DNA of 63,325 nucleotides, filler included, from Perkinsus chesapeaki ATCC PRA-425 (Eukaryota > Protista > Perkinsozoa), in assembly GCA_013115145.1 (NCBI GenBank). It is 4 parts of 4 records of this genome, joined end to end, with 100 filler letters (N's around TTAATTAATTAA, not from the genome) between each part and the next. Parts side by side here need not be neighbours in the genome. Positions count along the whole stretch, not along the records: positions 47,211 to 63,325 come from JAAPAO010000711.1; 3 more parts are not named here. The stretch is one strand, 5' to 3'. Positions 48,329 through 60,545 of this stretch are shown here, piece after piece. The position numbers and the translations under genes were made by a program. How positions within the stretch are numbered: position 1 is the first letter of the stretch; every line of letters begins with the position of its first letter. Under the pieces are notes generated by a model. That model saw only the letters and a list, made by a program, of their open reading frames with translations. It was not told the origin of the DNA and searched no databases.

Positions 48329-49201
48329 GAACGCCGATGGCCCCCCCCATTGATAAACATTATCTATGCAGATATATCCCGCTTATTTGGTGTAGATGAT
48401 AGCGCATACTGTATGCGCTATATGCGGCATACACCGAGTATACGAGGGGCGGTTAACTAAACACCCAACCTATATGGGTAATACCCATTGGGTATAACAA
48501 CCTTATATACCAAAGTCTAACTACTTTGGTGTTCCACGCCAGAACCCGTAGCTTATCACAAAGCTACATCATTGTGTAACATTGTCTTCTTTACACGAGG
48601 GATCCACATCTTGGACCGCAGTGTAAAATCCGTACCACAATGGTTGGCACAAAGTGTGATGCGTCTCCCGGAATCCCGGTAGGCAGAGTGGACTTTGGAG
48701 GAGTAGCGAAGTACACTGTCGCTTTGGCGCACAGAGGCGCAAATACTGCATTCGGATACTCCGATGTGATGTTTTTAGCATGAGCTTGAGCAATCAAAAG
48801 AGGACAGTATAAGCATGCTGCCTATGTAGGCTGTGACTGCTTTAGCTCGCATATAGCTGGCCATCCGTAGAATGAAGAGATGTCGGCGCGAAATAGCTTG
48901 GGTGAGCCTGATCTAGGCATTTGTTATTTCTGTCATCCTGGCACTGGCAGGCTGGGAGCGCTGTGGCGCTCTCGGAACTCCCTAGTACGATACCCTCCTA
49001 AGTTAGGAGTCCTAACGTGACGAGGTGCATGTTACCGTACCATCCAGAAAGTTGCAAGGTGAACTCAATGATACTTAGGTCACTAGAAACTGGAGTCTCT
49101 AGATCAACAAAGCTGAATCGTTAGAACTACTAAATTAATCTTCCATTTATTATTCTCAAAAAATGCGTCAACATTGACCGCCCGTGAATCACGGGATGCC
49201 T

Positions 49202-49426
49202 CTAGCAGCTAGTAGCTTGGCCAAGGGCCCCACAGGAAGGCTCGCAGTAGCACATTCTGGATTTTCTTCCGAGGCATTTGGCTGTCTTCTTGCACTGGGG
49301 ATTGCACTGGTCGCCAAGGCTAGCTGCCACCTCTCTGCAGAAAGCATCTCGTTCTTCTTGAGTTCCAAAGTTATTGTTAGCGATTGCGACACTGAACAAG
49401 AATCCTGCCAACAGTTTCTTCCACAT
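49202..49426 (-). CDS. Small secreted 8-Cys peptide, defensin (CS-alpha-beta)-like, 74 aa
   Basis: MWKKLLAGFLFSVAIA signal-like segment, then C-x10-C-x3-C-x5-C-x7-C-x-C-x3-C-x8-C. Confidence 0.6.
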   Translation of the reverse strand: MWKKLLAGFLFSVAIANNNFGTQEERDAFCREVAASLGDQCNPQCKKTAKCLGRKSRMCYCEPSCGALGQATSC

Positions 49427-50369
49427 GATACCACACATAACAGTAAGATTGTAGAGGCTGTGGTAATAAAGATACCAGGAGAAGCGAAGCTTACTATAGC
49501 TTTGTCGCTCAGAGGGACACATTCCGCATCCGAATAATAATACCCGAATTACCTATGTTTTCAACTTGAGCAGCCAAAAGAGGACCATATATTCCCGCTG
49601 TCTCTGCTGGCTGTGTTTGCTCTAGTTCGCATGCTACGGGGAATTCGTGAGTAGATATACTTATGGTTTTAAACTTGCCGAAGTGGGACAGCCACCGGCG
49701 CCTTTAGCGATCCGGAGCCTGGCGCGCCGCTCCACGACTGCCTGCAAAATTTCACTGGGTCCCCTATAAAGGCGAATCAGAAATAGCGACAATTGACGAA
49801 GACCAGTTGGAAAGCAGGCTCATAGTCAATAGATATTCACAACACAATACGTAGCTTCAAGGTCCTAACGTTACGGACACTCAACCTACAGCCAGACCTG
49901 CATGGAGACTGTCTGAGCCGTCACCCAGTACTGTCTAACGAAATAGATTGAACCGCAGTCCTGGTTGAGCGAGCTCTCATCTCAGGTTCTGTTAAGGCTC
50001 TACGACCGAGGCATTCCCACACGATCATAGGGACGAGGAAGTGGGATTAAGTGCGTATTTGAGTGCTTCTCAAAGTGGGATTAATCCCGTCCGGGATTAT
50101 ATTTTCGTAACTCAGTGTCTCCTGTCACAAGAGTCCTGTGGAGCGAACCGCCTCCAGTTATACCTGCCATGGTTTTCCCGCGGTGATTTCACGACAGACG
50201 AATAGGTGTTCGGTCACCTTACAGTGTACGGTTCACGCCTCAAGGTGCGTTACCTGCGAGTGTATCGTCACGAACATAGCGAGTTCACGATGACAACGTT
50301 ACCGTCCTAATAAAAGCTCACCAGCTGTAAATTCGGAGATAATCTTGTGCTATTTTGTACTAAACCATC

Positions 50370-50640
50370 TAGTTTAGACGTGTGAAGGCCTCTATGTAGA
50401 AGGCGACGAAGTAAGAACTCCTAGCAAAGTACGACTTCAGAAATCGTCTATACAAATCATTCGAGGAGTATCAACCTGTTGTCATCTTCAGCGGGTTGCA
50501 ACAGCACGAGCTATGCGTACGTAGTCCGTCTTGAAGGACCGATCTATCGTGAAAATCCACATAAACAGATTATCGCGAGTTTTGGTCGACGACCTCCATT
50601 TGGCAGGTCCTCGTGAGTTCGTGTCAACTAACACTCGTTG
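50370..50640 (+). mobile_element. Possible decayed Ty1/copia RT remnant
   Basis: Frameshifted fragments including RVLVDDLHLAGP, similar to the copia YVDDLLIAG motif. Confidence 0.22.
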
Positions 50641-50739
50641 AACACAATCTCCTTATCTCTATCAAAACGATAAGTGATTGATAAGTGATTTCCCGATGAT
50701 TTTTCCTCGGTGCATAGGTGATGGGGGTATTGTAATATC

Positions 50740-51498
50740 CTAAGGTGGGCACTGGTAAGGCTGCTCATCAAGTCCATAAAGGAGTACAGTCTCTTCGCCG
50801 CTGTGATGAGGCTGGAGCTCTATCATTGAACCATTAACTCGTTGTAAGGTGAAATCAAAGGAAGTGTATGGGCTACTTATATCTGCAGTATGACTGTCAA
50901 TATCAAACGCTTTCGTAAAAGATAACCAGTGCCAACAAGGGGTGGTTTTCAAATCCTCGGTATGTATCCAACCTCCAATGACCCAACCAATAATGGACAT
51001 GTCTATCAACACACACATCCTCTCAGCACAATAGTAGAGATGAGGGTACAATGGTGGACGATTGCCCTGCGACAGAATGCGCTGGTTGGGGCGACCAATA
51101 GAAGCCGAAGAATGGCATGGTGTATAGTTGAATACCATACCAGATGTATTAGTCATAATGACCACATCATTCTCCGAGTCGTACTTGAGGGTGTAATGAA
51201 CCGACATATAGGGGAATGTTCTGCTGTCATTCAACGACTTCCCGGATATACTATCTCCGAGGGTAACATATCCACCTTCATCAATATGGTAGGGAGAAGA
51301 GAAGCTTATCTCCATGTCTTGGAAATATGTTCTCATAAAACCTTCGGTGCCATTGGGTGCGAACAATATCTTATTATAACCAGAGGAGAAGTCTTCGTGG
51401 CAGTAGTACCAGTCCGGTGTTCTCTTGTTGCTGCCTTGGATACCAAGCCCCAACCAGATTGAGGATGATAGAGTGAGGTGGCCTATCAGCGCCGACAT
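50740..51498 (-). CDS. Lineage-specific secreted protein, family member A1
   Basis: Intronless 252 aa, signal-like MSALIGHLTLSSSIWLGLGIQG; close paralog of 59633-60403. Confidence 0.8.
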   Translation of the reverse strand: MSALIGHLTLSSSIWLGLGIQGSNKRTPDWYYCHEDFSSGYNKILFAPNGTEGFMRTYFQDMEISFSSPYHIDEGGYVTLGDSISGKSLNDSRTFPYMSVHYTLKYDSENDVVIMTNTSGMVFNYTPCHSSASIGRPNQRILSQGNRPPLYPHLYYCAERMCVLIDMSIIGWVIGGWIHTEDLKTTPCWHWLSFTKAFDIDSHTADISSPYTSFDFTLQRVNGSMIELQPHHSGEETVLLYGLDEQPYQCPP

Positions 51499-51666
51499 AT
51501 TTAATAGGTGCACTTCCTAGAACACAAAAAATTGATCAGCACCCTCCAATCAACACAACAATTATTGTGTTAAACAAAAAGACTAAGTGAAAAGTGTGAC
51601 AACAGGTATGCTGGATAGGAACTTTGTCATATCCAGCTGCGTCGTCGCTCGGCCAATCAAACTGAC

Positions 51667-52410
51667 TCAATATACTTTGCATTTGGCCCTCTCTTCCTCT
51701 GTAGTAGGCGTTTTTAGAGTAATATTCTCAGTCGGAACCAAGTCTGGTACGAGGTTAAGAGTTACATTATCTACCCGACGTAACGAGAAGGCGAATCTAC
51801 CAAAAGCAAAAGGCAGTTCAATCACCTTGTTAACCTCATTATATCCGACAATGTACTGCACTCCTCCGCTCAATACCAACTCGCCTACGCCCCCACTGAC
51901 GCTGAAAGTAGCGTCATCGCTACAGTACAGCTGATCGGTAAACGGTAGGTCCGACGAAGCGAAAGATTCGCCACCAAAGAACGGGCACAGAATATAAGAG
52001 AAGTGCGCGAGCATAACACTGGTACGATCATAGAGCTCTATCGCATCTTCTTGTTTGTTATACTTGAGATTGTAGTCCAGTAGTAAGTAGGGAAAGCTGT
52101 TGGAGTCATTCAACTTAACCAAAGGTGAACTGCCAGTGATTTTCAAGAAGTCGTCCTCCATGAGCTGATAGTTAGCATCAAGAAACAGTCTGCCTTGATA
52201 CATAAACTTGTAGACATCAATCACTGCAATAAAGATGCTCCCCGAAGGTGTACCAGGCTCATGAGGCTGAAAGCTTACGGTGCTTGAAGGGGATGGCAGG
52301 ATTGCATCCATGCAATATATACTGCTTGGCACCCTACTAGATACTCCTCCTCCTTGAACTAATGGGATTGACAGTATGAGGTAGGGTGCCACAGTCATCG
52401 GCAAAGGCAT
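51667..52410 (-). CDS. Lineage-specific secreted protein, family member B1
   Basis: Intronless 247 aa from MPLPMTVAPYLILSIPLVQG; shares LNDS..FPY...Y.LKY with the A genes; close paralog of 60546-61289. Confidence 0.8.
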   Translation of the reverse strand: MPLPMTVAPYLILSIPLVQGGGVSSRVPSSIYCMDAILPSPSSTVSFQPHEPGTPSGSIFIAVIDVYKFMYQGRLFLDANYQLMEDDFLKITGSSPLVKLNDSNSFPYLLLDYNLKYNKQEDAIELYDRTSVMLAHFSYILCPFFGGESFASSDLPFTDQLYCSDDATFSVSGGVGELVLSGGVQYIVGYNEVNKVIELPFAFGRFAFSLRRVDNVTLNLVPDLVPTENITLKTPTTEEERAKCKVY

Positions 52411-53699
52411 AAATCTATTGGAGATTCTACCAAAAGCAACCTTCGAGCGAACGTGTGCGTCAAGTTCAAGGTCACAAAAGAACATGCGTGCACTGGCCAA
52501 CGATCATGAGTGGATAATCCTGTCGCTCGTACAATCCTTCAAAGGTGTATTCGACACATCTTGGCTATTGAGGGCGTATCGTCCATACAGTGTATGCTAC
52601 TGTATATACATGAATATGAGTACAATGGGCCTCACCTCGTTGAGTCACCGACTGTGACGCGGCATTCATGGAATGACCGTATTGTCACTCCGTAAACCAG
52701 ACTCGCATTACTAGATATTAATAACATTGAGTATGTTGTACTTGCCCCGGACCATCACAGAGTCTTTAGACTCATGTATCCGAGCTTTTTTGCCCTGATA
52801 TAGATGCGGCAAATGTAAATTTGGCCTTGGACTGTGAGCGCGCGTTATAAAGAATGTCTCACTTAAATGTGGGACTCACAGTGTTGGTCACTTTCGAAGC
52901 CGATTTCTCGTACGACAGCTCAATTCTGAAAGTATTTCTAACCGAAATAGGGTCATTACTAAAGACTTTTCAGCATGAACTTTTTCCAACTAGTAGAAGT
53001 CTTTGCCTTGGAGGGAGCAAATGAGCAAAAAGGTTTTCTGGAGGTCAATGACGCAGGGTGGATCTTACATGATGTAAGTTACATCCTGGAAGGCATCCGA
53101 GGGGACGCGGAAGCTCGTGAACATTTGCGCTTCCATGAGATTATAGGGAAGCTGGCTAAGCCAGCCAGCTTCCGCTCGCACCTCCAGACCCGATTGATCA
53201 TCTCAGCTCTGGAATCGCACACAGAGTTAAGTTGCGAACATGTGTAGTTGGTTATTTCCGCACACTACCGACAAATCGGTGGCCGGCCGGTGCGTAGGAA
53301 ACATGTTATTCGGTTGCTTGAATCTGTAGCCCTGGTGTATTTGATCGAGTCAATTGAATCAATTTGATTCCCGAGTAGGTTGCCATTCGCAGGGAGACCG
53401 ACTGTCCCCCAGGCCAAGGTCCTTGGCCCAAGGAGTGCTGTTGCGCTGCTCTGCCACCTATCGCCGTGTCCGGAGGAGAGATTGCAACACAACATGATTA
53501 TAGTATCACTAAAACGTTGAAAATCGCAAGGTCAAACATATCATGCATTCTCTCTCATCAACTTGCCATAAACAGAATGACGCTGAATTTCTGCTTCCAG
53601 GAAAGTATGGCAAGTGCCACTATATACATTATTGATTCTATAGAGAGGCAAACTCTCCTTCCTATGAGATATGATCCTATTAAAGCCTGCAGTCACTTG

Positions 53700-56600
53700 T
53701 GCTGGTATATCAAGCTCATCGCATGAATGCTCTTCTTCTCCTGACGACACCCCTGGTGGAGGCCACTGAAATACTTCTCCTAAAGAGTCGACAATAACTA
53801 CCTCGCAGACCAACGGAAGCATGCCCATGTACTTGGTCAGCGTGCCTTACCCGTGAGTGATACTGCCGTAACTTTATCCTCTTCAACGGAGGCATCACAC
53901 ACTGGTTTGCCGTCCAGATCAATAACGTATCTACTCATCATTACGATGGACAACTGTGATATTCTACCTCAAATTTTGTCTTCCTCCAGTGATAAGCATG
54001 CTGTACCCTTCACCTTCTGCACCAATCGAAATGTTCACGGGAAGATGACACCCTGACAAAGTTTGTGGGCAATCTTCGAGGTAGAGAGCTAGCTACATGC
54101 TTTCGAAGCCGCTGCGAGCTGAGCAGGCTTAACACTATTTTCACTCGGTTTCTTCGACTCATCGAGGTAACGTAGTCCATTATCTTCCCGGAATACAAAT
54201 CCTGCGAGTGGGTTGATCAGAGCAAAGGAGTTTTCCTACCATCTAGCCCTGTGTTAGTCGCTGCGGCCCTGATAGCCATGCCGGCACCGTGTGTGATCAC
54301 TGCAACTAAAATACTGATACTGGAGGCCAGGCCACTAGCGTATCCCAGGAAAGATGTACTTGGAACGTCTCCTTCGCCAAAGGGTGATGATAGTAGAGGC
54401 AAATCCATAAGACCTTCCGCAGAGTCCTGCTCGACGAGAATCGCAGTGGGGCTACGGGTGTGAAGATGAACTAAACTCATCTGTCAGCGACAGTGATGGG
54501 TACTTGAGTGCAGTTATCTTCTGTAATTTCTTTCGGAAAGCTTCTTCCCCACATGTTGGCAGGTTAGGTCTATCGGAACCACTAGAGACACGGTTACTCT
54601 GGCCTGCCGCATGCTCCTGCTTTCCGTGGTTGGCCTGGCAAGGTGTTGAATTTAATCCCACTCTTCACTAGATGAGGCTCAAGGGTTGCGCAAAAACTAT
54701 ACTTGATTATTCTCATCAGCTTCCTGGTTGGATTGGTCTTCCCTTTTGGTAGCATCACTGGTCCTACAAGGGCTATTCTGCTTTCTTTCATTGGATAGTT
54801 TCCTCATTGCATCCTCCGTCTGAACAAAACCATCAAAGCCCATCTTCGTTAATAATGTACAGCTGTTAGAATCTCAACATTTGATCAAAATACGTAATGT
54901 TGCCTTGCTTCAATGTCAACAAACTCTCTTCAATGGATCTTGCCGCATTAGTTTGAACCTTCAAATACCATGCTCACCTTCCTGTAGTCCAATATGACAA
55001 CAGCGTTGCTGAACGGGGTTCTTTCTCCAACGGCATCTTCTAGCAGCTCCGTTATATCGCCCCCTACAATGAAAACCTATTACAGGTATAAAGTGTGACA
55101 TGTCACCTCCAGTAGACCCGAACCAAATCACGGAATCGGACTGTATGACCGACAATGGACCTTGTGGGCCCGCACAAAAGTTGGCTAGTGGTTGTGCCCG
55201 CACCTGCGGAAGGCCTGTCGCACTTTTGCAGGACTGCTATCACTGTGAAACTTCTAACATGTGTAGCATTGCTGCCATTTACGTTCACATCTACTCTGAA
55301 TAATGATGATTCATACTTCTATCGCTTGGATTTTCCTACCGCAGTGGTCTCGTCATAAATACCGTTCTATTCCCTCCTGACACAGTTTTCTCGCACAACC
55401 CTCTCAGCGAAGGGACAACCGTCGGTCGATCGCTATATGCCTCAGTCACCGCAAGCGCGAGCTGTTGGTTGGAGTTCTAAGAGCTAAAGTCTGTAGCCTA
55501 CAAGTTCATCCCCCATAAGAGAATCACAGCTCTCGGGGAAGGGGTGGAAGTTCTACTGTAAAACTTACATCTCCCCAAGCCCAAGCGTTGTGGTTATCAT
55601 CAACTGCGACAACGTGCGCCACACCACAACTCAAGGAGGTGATCCTTGGCCCGGGCAGATCCTTCAGGTCACTCTGGTTCCCTCGGGAGTTCTGAGCTCT
55701 CGAGTCTAGCATCCCGAAACAGCTTTGCTCACATCATCGGCTATTTGACGCAGCTTTTCTGGATCTTCCAGTTTCACCTCGATGGGTATTGGAATCGTAT
55801 GTACTGTACATTCAGGCATCATATGCTTATCAAGACATACTGCCCGCTGCACACAAGTGCCCACTTGTGATCCTGAGACAAATGAGCAGCTTATGTCCGA
55901 GACGTAACGGCTATACATCTCTAGGATCAAAGAAGCAACATCGATAGCGAGACCCTCCCGATGCCATGAGCGTCACCAAGATTCTTCATTGTTCCGTTAC
56001 TGCTTACTCCCGTTATTGCCTCCTCGCGTTGTACCACACTGTCCTCGAGAATTGAGGCCCCAAGAGAAACTGAGAGACTTTAGTTTTGGTGCTGAAGGGT
56101 GGAAAGCTGACATTCGATTGTCCTGTGTTAGTAGAGTAGTGCTGAAATTGGTACACGAAACCTGGAAAGAATTACACTAACACCTGGGGCAAAGTATCGA
56201 ATGGGATTCCCTTGGACGAATGCTAGCTCAGTGCCGCTTGCATTGCGATTGGAATTCGTGGTTCGAGGACTAACGAGATAAGGTTTCAAAATGGATACCA
56301 ATCATGAGGAGCTCGTTTCTTTCCTCTCCTTAGCGTAGGTGAACAACGTGGCGCAAATTCCATTGTGTGCAAGCGGATGACTAGCAATAACCGACTAGGG
56401 GCCAAGGGCTTTTCTATCGCCTGTCAAACGACTGTCGGTTTGTAGACCAACACCTTGTGCAATTGTCGTGTGTCTTGATCATTCCTCCCTAGCGCGCTTC
56501 TTGAGACGCATCCCGATTCAACGAATCAATGCATTTTTAAATAGGAAATACCTTTGGTAGCCAGGAGCTAACTGGGATTACCTACCGATTTGGCTTTGAT

Positions 56601-58522
56601 ACCTATACGATGCAAAACCTTAAGCATAGTTGGTCGAGAAGTGAATGTGAAAGTACCACCAGTTCTGTGGTCGTAACTACAAAGAAGGAAACTATGGTAC
56701 CTCTGAGAACTTCAATACTTCTGAATTCAATGATAAGTGTACGCGCCCCATACTTGGAGCAGGTTTCTGAACGTGAGTAAGTCAGCTTACGCCTTCTCTA
56801 GATGATAACTTTCTTCGACCGCAAGGCCAAGCTGATCAACCTATGCACGGACCGTGGCCACTGCCAGTGAAAGAGTTTTTTACGTCGTCGTTTCCCCAAC
56901 AATAGACGTCCCCATCCGCGCTTATGGCAACCGAGTGTCGGATACCCACAGCGATGTCGACTATTCGCATGGGATGAGAACATGCCTGGTTGATATCTGC
57001 ACCGGTCTCCTCCTGTGGAAATGTTATCGGCTGGGATGGGAGCAGTGAACTCAGAGGAATAGCTCCAGAGCCTCACAGTCGGTGTTGTGCAATCACGTGT
57101 ATCGCCGGTACCCAGTATCCCACAAAAGCCACTTCCACAGGCGAGAACGCGACCGTTGCCTGACACAGGGCGCCCATAGCGCCATTCACACTCAGGAGGC
57201 CTCACTGTCCAGGAACAGCGAATGAGACTCCTTAGCTGCAATCGTGATAATCTTCAGCGAGTCAATGGATAATAGAGGTGTCTGGAACCCTTCCAGTGTG
57301 AGTGGGTCACCGATGCCAACGCCGCACTGGTACCTGAGGCTCACGTTGGCCTAGGTACGGAACCTGATGTACTCCAGACAATCGACAATGCTCTAGGAAA
57401 GTGATAGGGTTTCACCTGTGATTATTGCCGGTGGCCAAGATGACGGAATCAGAGCGCGAAAAGAGGATCAGTAACCTACAACAGACACAAGAGAGATGTT
57501 CACCGACGTACCAATGCATAGTTTCCAAGGTGTTAGTAGTGAGGCTCCACTGACGGCTCCAAAACATTGAGTCGTTGGCTCCAAAAAGTAACAGACTTAC
57601 CCCACAGCAGTTGGATCAGATAAGATCCAGCGGCATAGACCCAGGCAGTTGAGCGTGCCTTTACTGGAAGCGAAATGCTCGAAGATTTCTCCCACTGTTG
57701 CATGGAGTTCCTGAATTAGACGAGAAGATAAAAACGGCCATGGTTCCAGTCTGGAACTTCCAGATGGCTTCCACTGACGATCACTGAGATTCAAAGTGCT
57801 CACGGAGGCCTGTCAGCACAGTAGCAAGCTCAGGGCGGGTAAGCTCAGCTACTCTTGCCTCCTTAAATAACGATATTCGACAACGATGTTTCGGAAGTCA
57901 TACTTTGGATAACTCGTGTCGGTTATTCACTCCCTTACATTATCGTTTCCCGTAATGGAGCCGGCTGATGTGTTCTCAAAGTTGGCATGAAACTTCAATA
58001 TTGCACGCAGAACAGACCGTAATAATAGAAAGACTTCATCCTGAGAAGATATCAAAGTAGCTAATCAGTATATCAACCCAAAAAGATTGGGTTCTTTCTA
58101 ACTCGGAATGGGCTCGAGTGAAATAGTGGCTAACAGGGTTCGATTTGTGGAAGGTTAGAGTTTTACTCGTGATAAGCCATCCCCACGTGAGTTGAGGTCA
58201 AATAACTTGTATAGGAGCTCGACCTTGTCGCACAGGCTGATATGGTTGGATACAAGGATTGAGAGAGCGGCGAATTCGAAAGCATCAATCACTCGCTTTT
58301 GTCCATCTAAAGTCTTAACCTGATGGGCGACAATCAACCTGCAATCGCGATCCCATACCAGGATTCCTGGTTCAGGAGACCACGAGCCATAGACGGATAG
58401 CTGGGAAACGTTACCGATGAGTATCGTTTCAACGAGTCTGTTGAGCTTCTCCGAATGTCTTTCCTTCGGGACGTGATGCCTTTGTTATCCCGTGATTCCG
58501 ACAGATCATCGAACCTACGCAA
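53700..58522 (-). CDS. Large multi-exon protein with N-terminal EF-hand (NCS/calcineurin-B-like) region and RCC1 repeats; boundaries uncertain
   Basis: IDAFEFAALS...DKVELLYKLFDLNSRGDGLSR|DEVFLLL (58.3-58.0 kb). RCC1 exons: IITIAAKESHSLFLD, VLACGSGFCGILGTG, IVDIAVGIRHSVAISADGDVYCWG and ITSLSCGVAHVVAVDDNHNAWAWG. Confidence 0.7.
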
Positions 58523-59632
58523 AGCTAGGCTCAGGCGTTGTTATCCAAGGAGACAGTGGGGGACTTGGCCAAACTACAGTAGCTTGCTGGTTACGCAATG
58601 CCCTACCATGTATTGATGACGTCCCCATCGATGCTAGGTCCCAGGAATATCAGTTCTCGGAAGCCGACCCGATCACGCAGGTGAGTCGGATACGCGATGA
58701 GAGGATCGGTCGACGAGAGCAAAGCTGTTTCGTCATCTTGATGAGCAAGCATCACCCCTTCACATTGCTGCATCTACTAACCTTTGTACGTCAGCGTAGC
58801 CCTCAGTTTGCCTTCGGCCCGAAAGATTCCTCCAGATACACGGTATACCAACTCCTCCAGCTCTCCTGGAAGCCCTGCGATTGAACTCGGCGTCCAAAGT
58901 TCAAAGGAGTGTTACAGAGTCTCGAAAGTATTGCGTAATGACCGAGCTTCTGTTCTGCGTGGGGTGCTTGGAGTCGATCTCGTCGCTCATCGTCGGGGTG
59001 GACTAAAGTTATACTACTCCTCCTTGACTTAGTAAGCTAGCCTTAGTTACGCTGAACGATAGTAGCTTGATGCTCTGCGCACCTCGGCGAAAGGAGAGTA
59101 CAGCTTGCCTGACCCATTAGAGACAATGAGATGCTCTTCTGAAGGAGGCATATGCTGTATTAATTTCTATGTCACGCCTCAACAGATGTGGACTTATTGC
59201 GCATGGTTTGTGTACATTCGACACTGTCGTGTGTTGCCAAATCGACAGTGTTCAAACCGATTCCAGAAATGATGGGAGCCAAGCGAGGTACGATCGTTGT
59301 TATGTAATATATTGACTGGCAACACCAATCGAACTACGCTCGAGTAGCTGAAAGCTCCATGTATTTCAGCGGAGCTATATAATATTTTCAGACTTCTCCC
59401 TCGTGGTATCTTTATCGTTCGGCCTAACTATCGCTTCTCATCGGTATTTATCAACCATCACGGCATTTTGAGTCACGGGTGATTTCCGCGGTAATGTTTA
59501 TGGGAGACTATTTTACTTCGATGGACCGTCGAGAACTCACCGCAAGTAACAACATAACAGCACTTCTGTGAAAAGAAGCTGACGATTATACCATAAAGTG
59601 GGATTGGAGAATTATACAAATGTTGTCGCCTC

Positions 59633-60403
59633 CTATGGCGGACATCTGTTAGGTTGTTCATTAAGTCCATAAAGGTATGTAGGCTCTTCAGTGCTATTAT
59701 GGGGCTGCACTTGCAAAGTTGAACCATTTACTCGATGAAAAGTGAAGTGAAAGGCAGCATACGGACCTGTAATGTTCACGGTCTGACTGTTAACGTCAAA
59801 CGGTGTCCAGATTATTAGCCACTGCCAACAAGGAGTAGTCCTCAAACTCTCGGTGTTTATGAAACCCTTAATAATCCACTTTCCAAAGGATTGTATTATA
59901 TTGATACACATTTTGTCAGCACAATAGTAAGGAAAAGGGTAGAGGGCAGAAGGACCGTTTTCCGACAGGATACGCTGGCTAGGGTGACCAGTATAAGCCG
60001 AAGAATCGCATGGTGTATAATTGAATACCATACCAGATGTATTAGTCATAATGACAACATCATTCCCTGAGTCATACTTGAGGGTGTAATGAACCGACAT
60101 ATAGGGGAATGTTCTGCTGTCATTCAACGACTTCCCGGATATACTATCTCCGAGGGTAACATATCCACCTTCATCAATATGGTAGGGAGAGTAATAAAGC
60201 GTTTGCGAAACCTGCTCCAAGTCTTGGAGGGATACTCTGAGGAAGCCTTCGGTGCCATTGGGTGTGAAGAAGAGCTTGGTATACGGAGCATAGATGTCAT
60301 TGTGACAATAATACCAGTCTGGCACTCTTTTATTGTTGCCTTGTATGCCAAACCCCAAGCTTGTTAAGGTTAATAGAATGGGAGTATACATCATGGTGGA
60401 CAT
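59633..60403 (-). CDS. Lineage-specific secreted protein, family member A2
   Basis: Intronless 256 aa from MSTMMYTPILLTLTSLGFGIQG; paralog of A1. Confidence 0.8.
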   Translation of the reverse strand: MSTMMYTPILLTLTSLGFGIQGNNKRVPDWYYCHNDIYAPYTKLFFTPNGTEGFLRVSLQDLEQVSQTLYYSPYHIDEGGYVTLGDSISGKSLNDSRTFPYMSVHYTLKYDSGNDVVIMTNTSGMVFNYTPCDSSAYTGHPSQRILSENGPSALYPFPYYCADKMCINIIQSFGKWIIKGFINTESLRTTPCWQWLIIWTPFDVNSQTVNITGPYAAFHFTFHRVNGSTLQVQPHNSTEEPTYLYGLNEQPNRCPP

Positions 60404-60545
60404 GGGTAATGAGCGTAGATTACTGCCCATTGATACAGCAATCCCCAACAACGCAGATTCAGTTGAACAAATGAAAAGAACAAAGAGAATGCTAAATGAA
60501 AAGCTAGTTTGACATAGTTATAGCGAGCTGCAGAAAGTTGCTTGG

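Noticed and set aside
49565-49585. SL-like TTTTGGCTGCTCAAG on the - strand upstream of the defensin-like ORF
   Set aside because: It needs a 3-nt insertion to match and is explained as part of the duplicated coding-like segment also present at 48785.
55100-55303. Cys-rich + strand ORF as a secreted peptide
   Set aside because: No signal peptide, and it lies antisense within the multi-exon EF-hand/RCC1 gene.
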